Origin: Polyangiales bacterium
Lineage (GTDB): Bacteria > Myxococcota_A > Polyangia > Polyangiales > Ga0077539
Assembly: GCA_044229975.1 (NCBI GenBank)
Contig: JBGARZ010000007.1
Coordinates: 352,001-416,000 of the forward strand
Direction of reading: 5' to 3'
Length of the DNA: 64,000 nucleotides
Every line of letters starts with the position of its first letter. Within the stretch, counting starts at the first letter, position 1. The notes beneath the pieces were generated by a model, which saw nothing but the letters and a program-made list of their open reading frames with translations, did no database searches and was not told the DNA's origin. The position numbers and the translations under genes were made by a program. This document shows, one piece after another, positions 1-9,359 of this stretch.

Positions 1-2
1 AC

Positions 3-1961
3 AACCCCGACAACGGCTGCGAGCTCGACCTGCGCGCCGACGTCAACCACTGCGGAACCTGCGCGACCGTCTGCCCCCTCCGCGCCAACTCCACGCCGAC
101 CTGCGCCGCGGGCGCGTGCGGGTTCACCTGCAACCCCGGCTTCGGCGACTGCGACGGCAACCCCGCCAACGGCTGCGAGGCCGCGCTCAACACCGACGCC
201 ACCCATTGCGGCACCTGCACCACCGCGTGCGCGACCCCGGCCAACGCCCAGTCCGTGTCGTGCGTCTCGGGTCGCTGCGACTTCACCTGCCGCGCGCCCT
301 TCGCCGACTGCGACGGCCTCGACACCAACGGCTGCGAGACCGACCCCCGCGGATCGGTCGCCCATTGCGGTGGCTGCGGCCTCGCGTGCCCGACGCGCCC
401 CAACGCCTCGCCGACCTGCGCGGGCGGCACCTGCGGCCTGCGCTGCGACACCGGCTTCGGCGACTGCGACGGCGACGCCACCAACGGCTGCGAGACCGAC
501 CTGCGCACCACCGTGTCGAGCTGCGGCGCCTGCGGTCGGGTGTGCAGCGTTCCGGGTGGGCTGGCGGCGTGTGTGGCCTCGACCTGCGTCGTGGCCTCGT
601 GCGGCAGCGGCGGCTTCGGCGACTGCGACGGCATCGCCGGCACCGGCTGCGAGACCGACCTGCGCTCCTCGCCCAACCACTGCGGCGCCTGCAACAACGC
701 GTGCCCGGTGCGGGCCAACGCGATCCCCATCTGCGCGGTGGGCACCTGCGCGAGCGCCTGCCAGCCGGGCTACGGCGAGTGCGACGGAAACCTCACCAAC
801 GGCTGCGAGACCAGCCTCGCGTCGAGCCCCGCGCACTGCGGGAGCTGCGGCCGGAGCTGCACGGCTCCCAACGCCGTCAGCGCGTGCGCGTCGAGCACCT
901 GCACCCTCGCCTCGTGCAACCCGGGCTTCGGCGACTGCAACAGCAGCCCCGGCGACGGCTGCGAGGTCGACCTGCGCAACACCGCCACCTCGTGCGGAAC
1001 ATGCGGCCGCACCTGCACCATCGCCAACGGCGCGGCGGGCTGCTCGTCGGGCGCGTGCACCGTGGCGGCGTGCTTCGGCGGTTACGGCGACTGCAACAAC
1101 AGCCCGACCGACGGCTGCGAGACCAACCTCTCCAACACCGTCTCGTCGTGCGGCGCATGCGGGCGCTCGTGTGCGGCAGCCAACGGCACGGCGGGGTGCT
1201 CGTCGGGCGCGTGCACGGTGGCGTCGTGCAACGCCGGCTACGCCAACTGCAACGGCAGCCCTGGCGACGGCTGCGAGGTCAACCTCACCAACGATCCCAA
1301 CAACTGCGGCGGCTGCGGGGTGCGCGGCGTCGAGGTGTGCGACGGCCGCGACAACGACTGCGACGGCGCGGTCGACGAGGGCTGCCCGACGGGCCTCGCG
1401 GGGCTCTCGACCTTCGACGCCTACGGCCCGCCGTGGGGCGGCGGCGGCGGCGACGCCTACGACATGGCCTGCCCGTCGGGGCAGGTCGTGACGGGCCTCT
1501 TCGGCCGCTCGGGGAGCTACCTCGACAACGTCGGCTTCTACTGCGGCACCCCGACGCTCGTGGAAGACCGCTCGGTGACGCCCTACACCTACCGCGTCGA
1601 CGTGAGCGGCGGCTCGACGCTCGGCCCGGTGGGTGGCGGCGGCGGCGGGTACTTCTCCTTCGCGTGCCCGGCCAACACCGTCGCGATGCGCGTGCTGGGG
1701 CGAGGGGCCGGGTACATCGATCGCTTCCAGATCGAGTGCTTCCGCTGGGACGTGAGCGGCTCACCGACGGCGGGCTTCACCATCTCGCGCAGCAGCAGCG
1801 TCGGCGGCGGCCTCTCCGGGGCCTACGGCGGCACCGGCGGCAGCCCCTTCGACTATTACTGCCCCTCGTATGGTGCGCTGCGCCGCGTCTTCGGCGGCGC
1901 CACGCGCTACGTCGACCGCCTCGGCACCTGGTGCACCGCGCCGTCGCTCACGGTGCGGTGA
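3..1961 (+). CDS. Cys-rich repeat surface protein (5' truncated) with EVCDGxDNDCDG motif and C-terminal jacalin-like beta-prism domain
   Basis: Frame open from base 3 (NPDNGCELDLRADVNHCGTC...). ~52-aa 8-Cys repeats containing DCDGxxxNGCE, then EVCDGRDNDCDGAVDEG, then three GGxGG-containing repeats (WGGGGGDAY, VGGGGGGYF, YGGTGGSPF). Confidence 0.8.
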   Translation, partial: NPDNGCELDLRADVNHCGTCATVCPLRANSTPTCAAGACGFTCNPGFGDCDGNPANGCEAALNTDATHCGTCTTACATPANAQSVSCVSGRCDFTCRAPFADCDGLDTNGCETDPRGSVAHCGGCGLACPTRPNASPTCAGGTCGLRCDTGFGDCDGDATNGCETDLRTTVSSCGACGRVCSVPGGLAACVASTCVVASCGSGGFGDCDGIAGTGCETDLRSSPNHCGACNNACPVRANAIPICAVGTCASACQPGYGECDGNLTNGCETSLASSPAHCGSCGRSCTAPNAVSACASSTCTLASCNPGFGDCNSSPGDGCEVDLRNTATSCGTCGRTCTIANGAAGCSSGACTVAACFGGYGDCNNSPTDGCETNLSNTVSSCGACGRSCAAANGTAGCSSGACTVASCNAGYANCNGSPGDGCEVNLTNDPNNCGGCGVRGVEVCDGRDNDCDGAVDEGCPTGLAGLSTFDAYGPPWGGGGGDAYDMACPSGQVVTGLFGRSGSYLDNVGFYCGTPTLVEDRSVTPYTYRVDVSGGSTLGPVGGGGGGYFSFACPANTVAMRVLGRGAGYIDRFQIECFRWDVSGSPTAGFTISRSSSVGGGLSGAYGGTGGSPFDYYCPSYGALRRVFGGATRYVDRLGTWCTAPSLTVR

Positions 1962-1964
1962 CGC

Positions 1965-2360
1965 TCAGCTCTTCAGGATGTTGTTGAGCGTGTTGAAGAT
2001 GTTGGCGCCGGTCGGGTCGGCGTTGACCACGGGGCCCGCCGCCTTGGCCGCCCGCTCGCGCTCGCGCTTGCGCTCGACCGCACCGTCGAAGGCCTCGTGG
2101 CAGCGCGTGCACTGGTGCAGCTCCAACAGCGAGACGGCGTTGCAGAAGATGCACGTCCGGGTGAGGGCGCCGTTGCACTGCGCGCACACCGCTCGCCCGC
2201 GAACGCTCAGGCTGGAGCACTTCGGGCACGAGCATCCTGCCTGGAGACCCGCGTAGGCTGCCTTGCAGTAGGGGCACGCCGCGAGGCCCGATACGGGGGC
2301 CGCGCCGCAGCTCGGGCAGTCGTGATCACATCCCTCGTCGTGGTCGTCGTCGTGCGCCAT
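1965..2360 (-). CDS. Zinc-ribbon protein (six CxxC) with His/Asp-rich N-terminus
   Basis: ATG at 2360 gives MAHDDDHDEGCDHDCPSC..CPYC..CPKC..CAQC..CIFC..CTRC; the upstream part of the track ORF is a shadow of the + strand genes. Confidence 0.7.
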   Translation of the reverse strand: MAHDDDHDEGCDHDCPSCGAAPVSGLAACPYCKAAYAGLQAGCSCPKCSSLSVRGRAVCAQCNGALTRTCIFCNAVSLLELHQCTRCHEAFDGAVERKRERERAAKAAGPVVNADPTGANIFNTLNNILKS

Positions 2361-2400
2361 GGTTCGCGAGCGTACCCCACGGCACCGAAGGTTTCGAGCG

Positions 2401-2445
2401 TTGACACCGACCGCGCGAGGACAGCTACCATGAGCTGTCGGTCGG
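2401..2445 (+). promoter_or_regulatory. Putative promoter TTGACA-N19-TACCAT with overlapping dyad GACAGCT-N6-AGCTGTC
   Basis: TTGACA 2401-2406, TACCAT 2426-2431, inverted repeat 2420-2439, directly upstream of the His-rich operon. Confidence 0.4.
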
Positions 2446-2479
2446 TCGTCGACCCGACCATTCACTGGAGGAGAGAGCA

Positions 2480-2902
2480 ATGAGCGGACACGTGCACGGC
2501 CCGGGCTGCAATCACGACCACGATCATGACCACGACCACGAGGACCCGGGCCACGACTGCGCCCAGCACCACCACAACCACGGCGACCACAAGCACGCCG
2601 TCGGCTGCGGCCACAAGGCCGTGGAGCACAACGGCCACGTCGACTTCCTCCACGATGGCCATCTGCACCACGTTCATGGCGACCACGTCGATGACCACAC
2701 GCTCGACGTCGGCGGCGCCAACCCGGCGGCCTGCACGCCCGACCACGCATGCGGCGCTCATGAGGCCGACCACACGCACGGCCCCGGCTGCGGCCACGAC
2801 GCGATCCCCCACGGCGACCACGTCGACTACATCGTGTTCGGTCACCTGCACCACCAGCACGGGCAGCACTGCGACGACCACGGCCCCGTGGTGACGCGCT
2901 AG
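2480..2902 (+). CDS. Histidine-rich metal-binding protein
   Basis: GGAGG RBS; HVHGPGCNHDHDH, HTHGPGCGHD and duplicated H-x-G/D-HVD(F/Y)-x-x-x-GHLHH-x-HG motifs. Confidence 0.8.
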   Translation: MSGHVHGPGCNHDHDHDHDHEDPGHDCAQHHHNHGDHKHAVGCGHKAVEHNGHVDFLHDGHLHHVHGDHVDDHTLDVGGANPAACTPDHACGAHEADHTHGPGCGHDAIPHGDHVDYIVFGHLHHQHGQHCDDHGPVVTR

Positions 2903-2904
2903 TC

Positions 2905-4104
2905 ATGGGATTTTCCAGCACGTTCTTTTCGTTTCTGAAGGGTGAGAAGTCGCAGGCGGAGCTCGACGCGTACCGCCAGGCGATGAAGCACATCAACGAC
3001 CTCGAAGCCGCCCTCCAGGCGCAGGTCATCAACCGCCCGCTGGAGCCCGGCCAGGGCCCGTGGTCGCGCCCCAAGAACCACCAGCAGGCGATGGCGTACA
3101 CCTGGATCGCCCGCGCGCTCGCCACCATCGCGACGACGCTGCTCGACTCCGACGCGAAGGAAGATCCCGACACCGTCGGGTACCTTCCGCTCGTCACCTT
3201 CGGGCAGGTGAAGGAGCTGTACGCGCAGGTTCCGCAGTTCGTGCACATGGCCTGGGAGGCGCTGGCCAACCCGCGCTTCCAGGCGCCGCGCGCGCTGCCG
3301 CTGCCGCTCGGGCCGCGCATCGAAGCCGAGGGCAAGTGTCCCCTCGTGCACCTCAAGGGCATCCACGCGGCGGCCGTCGCGCTCGACCAGGTCGGTCAGG
3401 CCCGCCTCGGGGCGTACCTCCAGTCGGTGCAGGCGTCGGGCGTCTCGCCGCCCGACGACGTGAAGGGCTACCTCTCCGACCTCGCGCAGCTCTGGGCGCG
3501 CGCGCAGTCGAAGGTGGCCTTCAGCAACCAGCAGCTCATGGCGGTGGTCATGGGCGGCAACGTCACCATGGAGACCCACGAAGAGGCCGAAAACCGGCTG
3601 TGGGACGCCCTCGCCGACCACTTCCTCGTCGGGCAGTTCATCGCGATGCCCGAGCTGCTGACCTCGTCGGCGATGGCCGGCGCCAACGCCACCGGGCGGC
3701 TCGTCCCGCAGGAGGAGCGCTGGTTCATGTCCGACCCGGACGCGGTGCGTGATCTGCGCAACACGCAGTTCGGCGAGCAGGAGATCAGGGAGTTCTGGGT
3801 GCGCAAGGCGTGGCGCACGACCCCGCAGGAGGAGCGCTACCTCGCGCAGACCGCGGCCATGAAGAAGGAGGGGCTCATCTCGGTGGTCTCGCGCTGGTCG
3901 ACGACGCCCTTCGACGCCGTCTACCAGACGTTGCAGCCGGTGGTGATCCTCGACCGCCCGATGGACCGCGGGACGGAGTTCCATCTCAACATGGACGAGA
4001 ACCACGACGAGCTCGACGTGGGCTCGCCGCGCTTCCGCCGCACCAGCGGCTACCAGGAAGACCACGAAGAGGGTCACGTCGGCGACCCGTCTGGTCACCA
4101 CTGA
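2905..4104 (+). CDS. Hypothetical protein (399 aa) in metal operon, His/acidic C-terminal tail
   Basis: Normal amino-acid composition and codon bias, 2 bp after upstream stop; contains KCPLVH and ends EDHEEGHVGDPSGHH. Confidence 0.75.
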   Translation: MGFSSTFFSFLKGEKSQAELDAYRQAMKHINDLEAALQAQVINRPLEPGQGPWSRPKNHQQAMAYTWIARALATIATTLLDSDAKEDPDTVGYLPLVTFGQVKELYAQVPQFVHMAWEALANPRFQAPRALPLPLGPRIEAEGKCPLVHLKGIHAAAVALDQVGQARLGAYLQSVQASGVSPPDDVKGYLSDLAQLWARAQSKVAFSNQQLMAVVMGGNVTMETHEEAENRLWDALADHFLVGQFIAMPELLTSSAMAGANATGRLVPQEERWFMSDPDAVRDLRNTQFGEQEIREFWVRKAWRTTPQEERYLAQTAAMKKEGLISVVSRWSTTPFDAVYQTLQPVVILDRPMDRGTEFHLNMDENHDELDVGSPRFRRTSGYQEDHEEGHVGDPSGHH

Positions 4105-4147
4105 GTCTCCGCCTCGCCCCGCCCACCGACAGAAAGAACACCCATCC

Positions 4148-6706
4148 ATGAGCGCCCAGCAGGGGACCGAGCACGACGACCACGGCCATGTGCACGGCCC
4201 CGGCTGCGGCCACGATCATGGCCACGAAGGTCACGACCACGCGAGCCATGACCACGCGGGTCACGACCATGGTCACGACCACGGCCATCACGGACACGAC
4301 CACGCTCCGCCGAAGGAGCGCCCGGTTGGCAAGCGCGACGCCGAGAACAACGGCGGCACCGCCTGCCAGATCGAGCTGCGCTCCCTCTTGCCCAGCGAGA
4401 ACAACGAGGTCGGCCGCTTCGAGAAGATGGAGGCGCTGGTCAACCGTCGCCTCGGCATCACGGACCTGCACCTCCGGCGCGACCAGGGCTACGCCGAGGT
4501 GTGCGTCCACTACGACCCGGCGAAGGGGTCGCACGACGAGGTCGTGGCGCTGGTGCGCGAGTGCGGCGCGGTGATCGCCAAGCGCTACAAGGCCAAGAGC
4601 TGGTTCGTGCGCGGGATGGACAGCCCCCAGTCGGGCTACCACATCGAGTACGCCCTCGGCCGCGCCAAGGGGGTGCTCGAAGCCAACGTGGCCTACGGCG
4701 CCGAGCGGCTCTTCGTCGAGTACGACACCGAGGGCGCGAGCCTGCGGGACATCGAGAAGCGCGTCGAGGCGCTGGGCTTCGAGCTCGAAGAGCCCGAGGC
4801 CGGACACGCCTGCTGCAACCACTCGCACTCGGGTGGTCTCGCGCCCAAGCTGGAGATCCCGCTGTCGGTCGTCGCGGGCGTGCTGCTCGTGGTGGGTCTC
4901 GCGATCGAGAAGATCGGGGTCGCGGGCGTTCCGGCGATCGTTCCGACGGTGCTCTACGCCAGCGCAGCGTTGCTGGCGGGCGCGTTTCCGCTGCGCGGGG
5001 CGCTCACGTCGGTGCGGCAGCTCCAGGTGGACATCGAGACGCTCACGGTGCTCGCGGCGGCGGGCGCGGCGGTGCTCGGGGCGTGGTTCGAGTCGGGGCT
5101 GCTGCTCTTCCTCTTCAGCCTCGGGCACGCGCTCGAACACCGTGCCCTGGAGCGCGCCCGCCGCGCCATCGACGCGCTCGGCAAGCTGCGGCCGGAGACC
5201 GCGCGGGTGCGCAAGGGGCCGGAGGTCGTCGAGGTCGCGGTCGCGACGGTGCAGCGCGGCGATCGGGTGTTGGTGCGGGCGGGCGATCGGGTTCCGCTCG
5301 ATGGGGTGATTCGCGAGGGGAAGTCGTCGCTCGACCAGTCGACGGTGACGGGCGAGTCGGTGCCGGTGTCCAAGGGCCCGGGCGACGCGGTCTTCGCGGG
5401 AACCATCAACGCCGAAGCGGCGCTGGAGGTGGAGGTCACCAAGCTCTCCACCGAGTCGGCCATCGCGCGGGTCATCGACATGGTGACCGAGGCCGAGGCG
5501 AGCAAGAGCAAGGCGCAGCGCTTCACCAAGCGCATCGAGCAGAAGGTGGCGCCGCTCATCATCGGGGCCGCGCCGACGCTCGCCATCGTGCTGCTGGCGA
5601 CGGGGCACTCGCTGCGCGACTCGCTGCTGCGGGCGATGTCGCTGCTGGTCGCGGCGTCGCCGTGCGCGCTGGCCATCTCGACGCCCGCGGCCGTGCTCTC
5701 GGCGGTGGCGCGGGCCGCGCGCGGCGGCGTGTTGATGAAGGGCGGCGCGCACCTGGAGTCGCTGGGCAACGTCACCACGGTGGCCTTCGACAAGACCGGA
5801 ACGCTCACCGTCGGTCGCCCCAAGCTGGTGTCCGTGTGGACGCCCGAAGGCGTCACCGAGGCCGACCTGCTGGCGACGGCGGCGGGCGTGGAGTCGCTGT
5901 CGTCGCACCCGCTGGCGAAGGCCGTGGTCGACGGCGCGAAGGAGCGCGGCATCGAGGCGGCGAAGGCGAGCGGTTGTGAGGCCGTGCACGGCAAGGGCAT
6001 CCGCTCGATGGTGGGCGGCAAGGCCGTGGCCATCGGGAGCCTCGATCTGTTCGACGCGGCGAAGATTCCTGATGCGGTGAAGGCGAAGGTGACGGCGCTT
6101 CAGGAGGCCGGGCAGACCACGATGGTGGTGCGACGGGGCCTGGAGTTTCTCGGGGTGATCGGCGTGGCCGACACGCTGCGCAAGGAGGCGAAGGACGCGC
6201 TCGCGCAGCTCCGCGCGCTGGGTATCACGCGCACGGTGATGTTGTCGGGCGACAACCTGAAGGTGGCCGAGGCCATCGCGAAGGAGGTCGGCATCGACGA
6301 GCCGCGCGCGCCGCTGATGCCCGAGGGAAAGGTGAAGGCCCTGAAGGAGCTGTCGAAGGAGGGCGGCGCCGCGATGGTGGGTGACGGCGTCAACGACGCG
6401 CCCGCGCTGGCGGCGGCCTCGGTGGGCATCGCGATGGGCGGCGCCGGGTCGGACGTGGCGCTGGAGACGGCGGACGTGGTGCTGATGGGCGACGACCTGA
6501 CGCGGCTGCCCTTCGCGGTAGCGCTCGCGCGGGCGGCGAATCGCACGGTGAAGGTCAACCTGACCATCTCACTGGGCGTGAGCGCGCTGCTGATTCTCGC
6601 GTCGATCTTCGGATGGGTTCGCATCAGCCACGCGGTGGTGCTCCACGAGGGCAGCACCATGATCGTGGTGCTCAACGGGCTGCGCTTGCTGCTGTTTCGG
6701 CACTGA
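4148..6706 (+). CDS. Heavy-metal translocating P1B-type ATPase (P1B-4-like; Zn/Co/Cd) with His-rich N-terminus
   Basis: TGES, SPC in the transmembrane helix, DKTGT, HP, GDGVNDAP, HEGST; N-terminal His-rich tract and degenerate HMA-like domain. Confidence 0.93.
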   Translation: MSAQQGTEHDDHGHVHGPGCGHDHGHEGHDHASHDHAGHDHGHDHGHHGHDHAPPKERPVGKRDAENNGGTACQIELRSLLPSENNEVGRFEKMEALVNRRLGITDLHLRRDQGYAEVCVHYDPAKGSHDEVVALVRECGAVIAKRYKAKSWFVRGMDSPQSGYHIEYALGRAKGVLEANVAYGAERLFVEYDTEGASLRDIEKRVEALGFELEEPEAGHACCNHSHSGGLAPKLEIPLSVVAGVLLVVGLAIEKIGVAGVPAIVPTVLYASAALLAGAFPLRGALTSVRQLQVDIETLTVLAAAGAAVLGAWFESGLLLFLFSLGHALEHRALERARRAIDALGKLRPETARVRKGPEVVEVAVATVQRGDRVLVRAGDRVPLDGVIREGKSSLDQSTVTGESVPVSKGPGDAVFAGTINAEAALEVEVTKLSTESAIARVIDMVTEAEASKSKAQRFTKRIEQKVAPLIIGAAPTLAIVLLATGHSLRDSLLRAMSLLVAASPCALAISTPAAVLSAVARAARGGVLMKGGAHLESLGNVTTVAFDKTGTLTVGRPKLVSVWTPEGVTEADLLATAAGVESLSSHPLAKAVVDGAKERGIEAAKASGCEAVHGKGIRSMVGGKAVAIGSLDLFDAAKIPDAVKAKVTALQEAGQTTMVVRRGLEFLGVIGVADTLRKEAKDALAQLRALGITRTVMLSGDNLKVAEAIAKEVGIDEPRAPLMPEGKVKALKELSKEGGAAMVGDGVNDAPALAAASVGIAMGGAGSDVALETADVVLMGDDLTRLPFAVALARAANRTVKVNLTISLGVSALLILASIFGWVRISHAVVLHEGSTMIVVLNGLRLLLFRH

Positions 6707-6788
6707 GCCTTCGTCTCCAACGGAGTCGTCGCGCCTGTCCGCTGCGGGTTGCGGCGTAGAGGGGCGGGGGTCTATCGTCAGGCGACCG

Positions 6789-7028
6789 ATGGGCGCCGCA
6801 GAGAAGATCTACGACGAGATGATCGACCTGTTCGCGCGCGGGGGCGGGGCCGGTTCGGTGCTGGCGTTTCGCCCGTCGGCGCAGGCCCAGACGCGGGTCT
6901 CGGAGCTCCTCGAACGCAACCGACAGGGGTTGCTGACGGAGGACGAGCGGCAGGAGCTCGATCGCTTCGTGGAGCTTGAGAGACTGATGCAACTGGTGAA
7001 GGCGCGGGCGCGTCGTCACCAGCCGTGA
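6789..7028 (+). CDS. Small hypothetical protein, possible antitoxin partner of HNH nuclease
   Basis: 79 aa, R-x-SELLERNRQG-x-LT-x-x-E-x-x-ELD pattern; stop overlaps GTG start of the HNH gene (GTGA). Confidence 0.6.
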   Translation: MGAAEKIYDEMIDLFARGGGAGSVLAFRPSAQAQTRVSELLERNRQGLLTEDERQELDRFVELERLMQLVKARARRHQP

Positions 7029-7438
7029 CGGCGCGAATCCACGCAGCGCTTCGCCGTGAGGTGCGTGAACGAGCCGATGGCCGCTGCGAGTACTGTCTGC
7101 TCGCGGAGGAGGACGCGTTCTTCCCACACGAGCCAGATCACATCGTTGCTGAAAAGCACGGTGGGGCGACCGACGCGGCGAACCTCGCGCTCTCCTGTCT
7201 GGAGTGCAACCGATTCAAGGGGTCGGACATCGCCTCCATCGACCCCGCAACGGGAGCGCTCGTCGCGCTCTTCCATCCACGTCAGGAGGCATGGTCGACC
7301 CACTTCCGGGGCACGAATGATGGGACGATCGTCGCGCTCACGCCGACCGGTCGGGTGACCGTGGCACTCCTGCGCCTCAACGCTCCAGCGCGGGTTGAGG
7401 TGCGGCACGCGTTGGCCGAAGTCCGACGCTGGCCGTAG
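7025..7438 (+). CDS. HNH endonuclease
   Basis: RCEYC...EPDHIVAEKHGG...NLALSCLECNRFKG...LFHPR. Confidence 0.88.
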   Translation: MTARIHAALRREVRERADGRCEYCLLAEEDAFFPHEPDHIVAEKHGGATDAANLALSCLECNRFKGSDIASIDPATGALVALFHPRQEAWSTHFRGTNDGTIVALTPTGRVTVALLRLNAPARVEVRHALAEVRRWP

Positions 7439-7485
7439 AGACATCGATCTCGATTTGGTCGAGACAGTACGCGGGGAGAACCTCG

Positions 7486-7872
7486 TCACCCCATCGGCGA
7501 GCACAGCTCGACCAGCACGCCGTCGCGGTCGCGCACGTACGACACCGTCTGTCCCCACGGCTTCTGCTCCGGCGCCGACACCTCCGTCGCGCCCGCGGCG
7601 ACGGCCTTCGCATGCGCCGCCGCGACGTCGTCGGTGACCAGCGCGAGCTCGACGCCCGCGGCCGCCTCGCCGGGTCGGTTGGGGCGCACCGTGAGCTTGT
7701 TGAGCGCCGCCATCTTGTCGTGCGCGAAGGCCAGCGCCGTGGCGCCGGTGTCGAGCTCCGCGTAGTCGTTGCTCTCGTGGACGAAGCGACGCGTCAGCCC
7801 GAAGGCCCGCTCGTAGAACTCCACCGCCGTGACGACGTCCGGCGTATACACGATCACGTACCCGAGCTTCAT
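7486..7872 (-). CDS. VOC/glyoxalase family protein
   Basis: MKLGYVIVYTPDV...FYERAFG...PWGQTVSYVRDRDGVLVEL. Confidence 0.88.
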   Translation of the reverse strand: MKLGYVIVYTPDVVTAVEFYERAFGLTRRFVHESNDYAELDTGATALAFAHDKMAALNKLTVRPNRPGEAAAGVELALVTDDVAAAHAKAVAAGATEVSAPEQKPWGQTVSYVRDRDGVLVELCSPMG

Positions 7873-7997
7873 GGGTGACTCCTCCGCGCGCGACCATTGG
7901 CGCGCGGTCGGCACCGTCGCACCGGGCGCTGCGGGTGTCACCCACACAGGTACCCTCGACGCTCGCTCGGCCGTTGCGGTACCTCTCCCGCGCCCCG

Positions 7998-9359
7998 ATG
8001 TCCGCACCCGCCGAGCGCCCCACAGCCCTGCATCCGACCCTCTTCGCCGCCGCGGTGCTTGGTCTCGGCATCGCCCTCTCTCGCGATCGCGTCGCCCTCC
8101 GCGCCATGCTCCGCCCGCGCCCCGTCGGCGCTGCCGCCATCACGCCCGTTGCGCCTGGTCGCGCTCCGCCGCCCGCGCCCGAAGCCCCGCTCCCGGCCCG
8201 CTGGGTGTCTCCGTCCGCAACGCCGCCGCGTGACATCGCGCACCTCGACAATCCCCTCCTCGCCGACGGAACCACCCGCGCCCTCGACGCCTTCGCCCGC
8301 CGCCTCGCAACGCTCCCGACGCTCGCGTCTCCGCTGCGCGTGCTGCACTTCGGCGACTCCATCATCGCCGACGACCGCATCACCGGCCGCCTGCGCCGAC
8401 GGCTCCAGCGCGAGTTTGGCGACGGCGGCCTCGGGCTCGTCTTCCTGCGTCCGACGGCGCGCTCGTACCACCCGGCGGGCGTTCGCTTCGAGGCGCGCGG
8501 CTGGTACCCCGGCTCGGTCGTCGGGCCGCGCTGGGACGACGGCCGCTATGGCGTCGGCGGAACCGGCTTCGAAGCCCCCGACGAAGGCCCCTCGGCGACG
8601 CTCTCCTTCGACCGCGGCCGACGCTTTGTCGTGCGCGCGCTCCGCGACCCCACCGGTGGAACCGTCTCCCTCCGCCTCGACGACGGCCCCGCGGTCACTG
8701 CGCGCGTCGACGCCGAACTCCCCGCCCTCACGGCCGACACCGATGGTCCGCATCGCGTGACGGTGCGTGCGAGCGGCGGGAAGGTTCGGCTCTTCGGCGT
8801 CGTTGCCACCCGCGTGGCACCGGGCATCACCGTCGACAACCTCGGAACCGTCAGCAGCTCCGCCCGCTCGCTCCTGCACCTCGACGCCGCGCACTGGGCA
8901 AGCGCCCTCGTCGACGAAGACCCGTCGCTGGTGGTGATCTCGCTCGGCACCAACGAGGCGAGCCACGGCGCTCTCTCACCCGCCGATCGCGCCGCCCTCG
9001 AACACGACGCGGGCGAGCTCTACGGGCGCGTTCGCGCGGCCCTCCCGCGCGCCTCGTGCCTGGTCGTCGCCCCGCCCGACTCCTCGGTGCTCCTGCAAGA
9101 CGGAACCATCGGCGCCCGACCCGCGCTGCCCTTCATCGTCGACGCGGAGGCCCGCGCCGCGCACGCCGCCGGCTGCGCCTTCTTCAACGCCTACGCCTGG
9201 ATGGGCGGCCGCGGATCGATCCTCCGCTGGCAGCGCGACGGTCTCGCCGACGGCGACCTCACCCACCTCACCGACGCGGGCGGCGCGCGCATCGGTGACG
9301 CCCTCGCCGACGCGCTGCTCCAGGCTCGCGACGAGGCCGTCGCGCGGGGCGTCCGTTGA
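7998..9359 (+). CDS. SGNH/GDSL hydrolase-family protein (membrane anchored)
   Basis: Block I HFGDS, block III LGTNE, block V DLTH; N-terminal hydrophobic segment. Start chosen at ATG 7998. Confidence 0.8.
   Translation: MSAPAERPTALHPTLFAAAVLGLGIALSRDRVALRAMLRPRPVGAAAITPVAPGRAPPPAPEAPLPARWVSPSATPPRDIAHLDNPLLADGTTRALDAFARRLATLPTLASPLRVLHFGDSIIADDRITGRLRRRLQREFGDGGLGLVFLRPTARSYHPAGVRFEARGWYPGSVVGPRWDDGRYGVGGTGFEAPDEGPSATLSFDRGRRFVVRALRDPTGGTVSLRLDDGPAVTARVDAELPALTADTDGPHRVTVRASGGKVRLFGVVATRVAPGITVDNLGTVSSSARSLLHLDAAHWASALVDEDPSLVVISLGTNEASHGALSPADRAALEHDAGELYGRVRAALPRASCLVVAPPDSSVLLQDGTIGARPALPFIVDAEARAAHAAGCAFFNAYAWMGGRGSILRWQRDGLADGDLTHLTDAGGARIGDALADALLQARDEAVARGVR

Noticed and set aside
1330..1961. 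Possible diversity-generating retroelement target (paralogous variable C-termini)
   Set aside because: No reverse transcriptase or near-identical template repeat in the window; paralog differences are not adenine-specific.
116..1987. 623-aa Arg/Leu-rich ORF
   Set aside because: Alternate frame of the Cys-rich gene; RLR repeats derive from shifted GAC-TGC-GGC codons.
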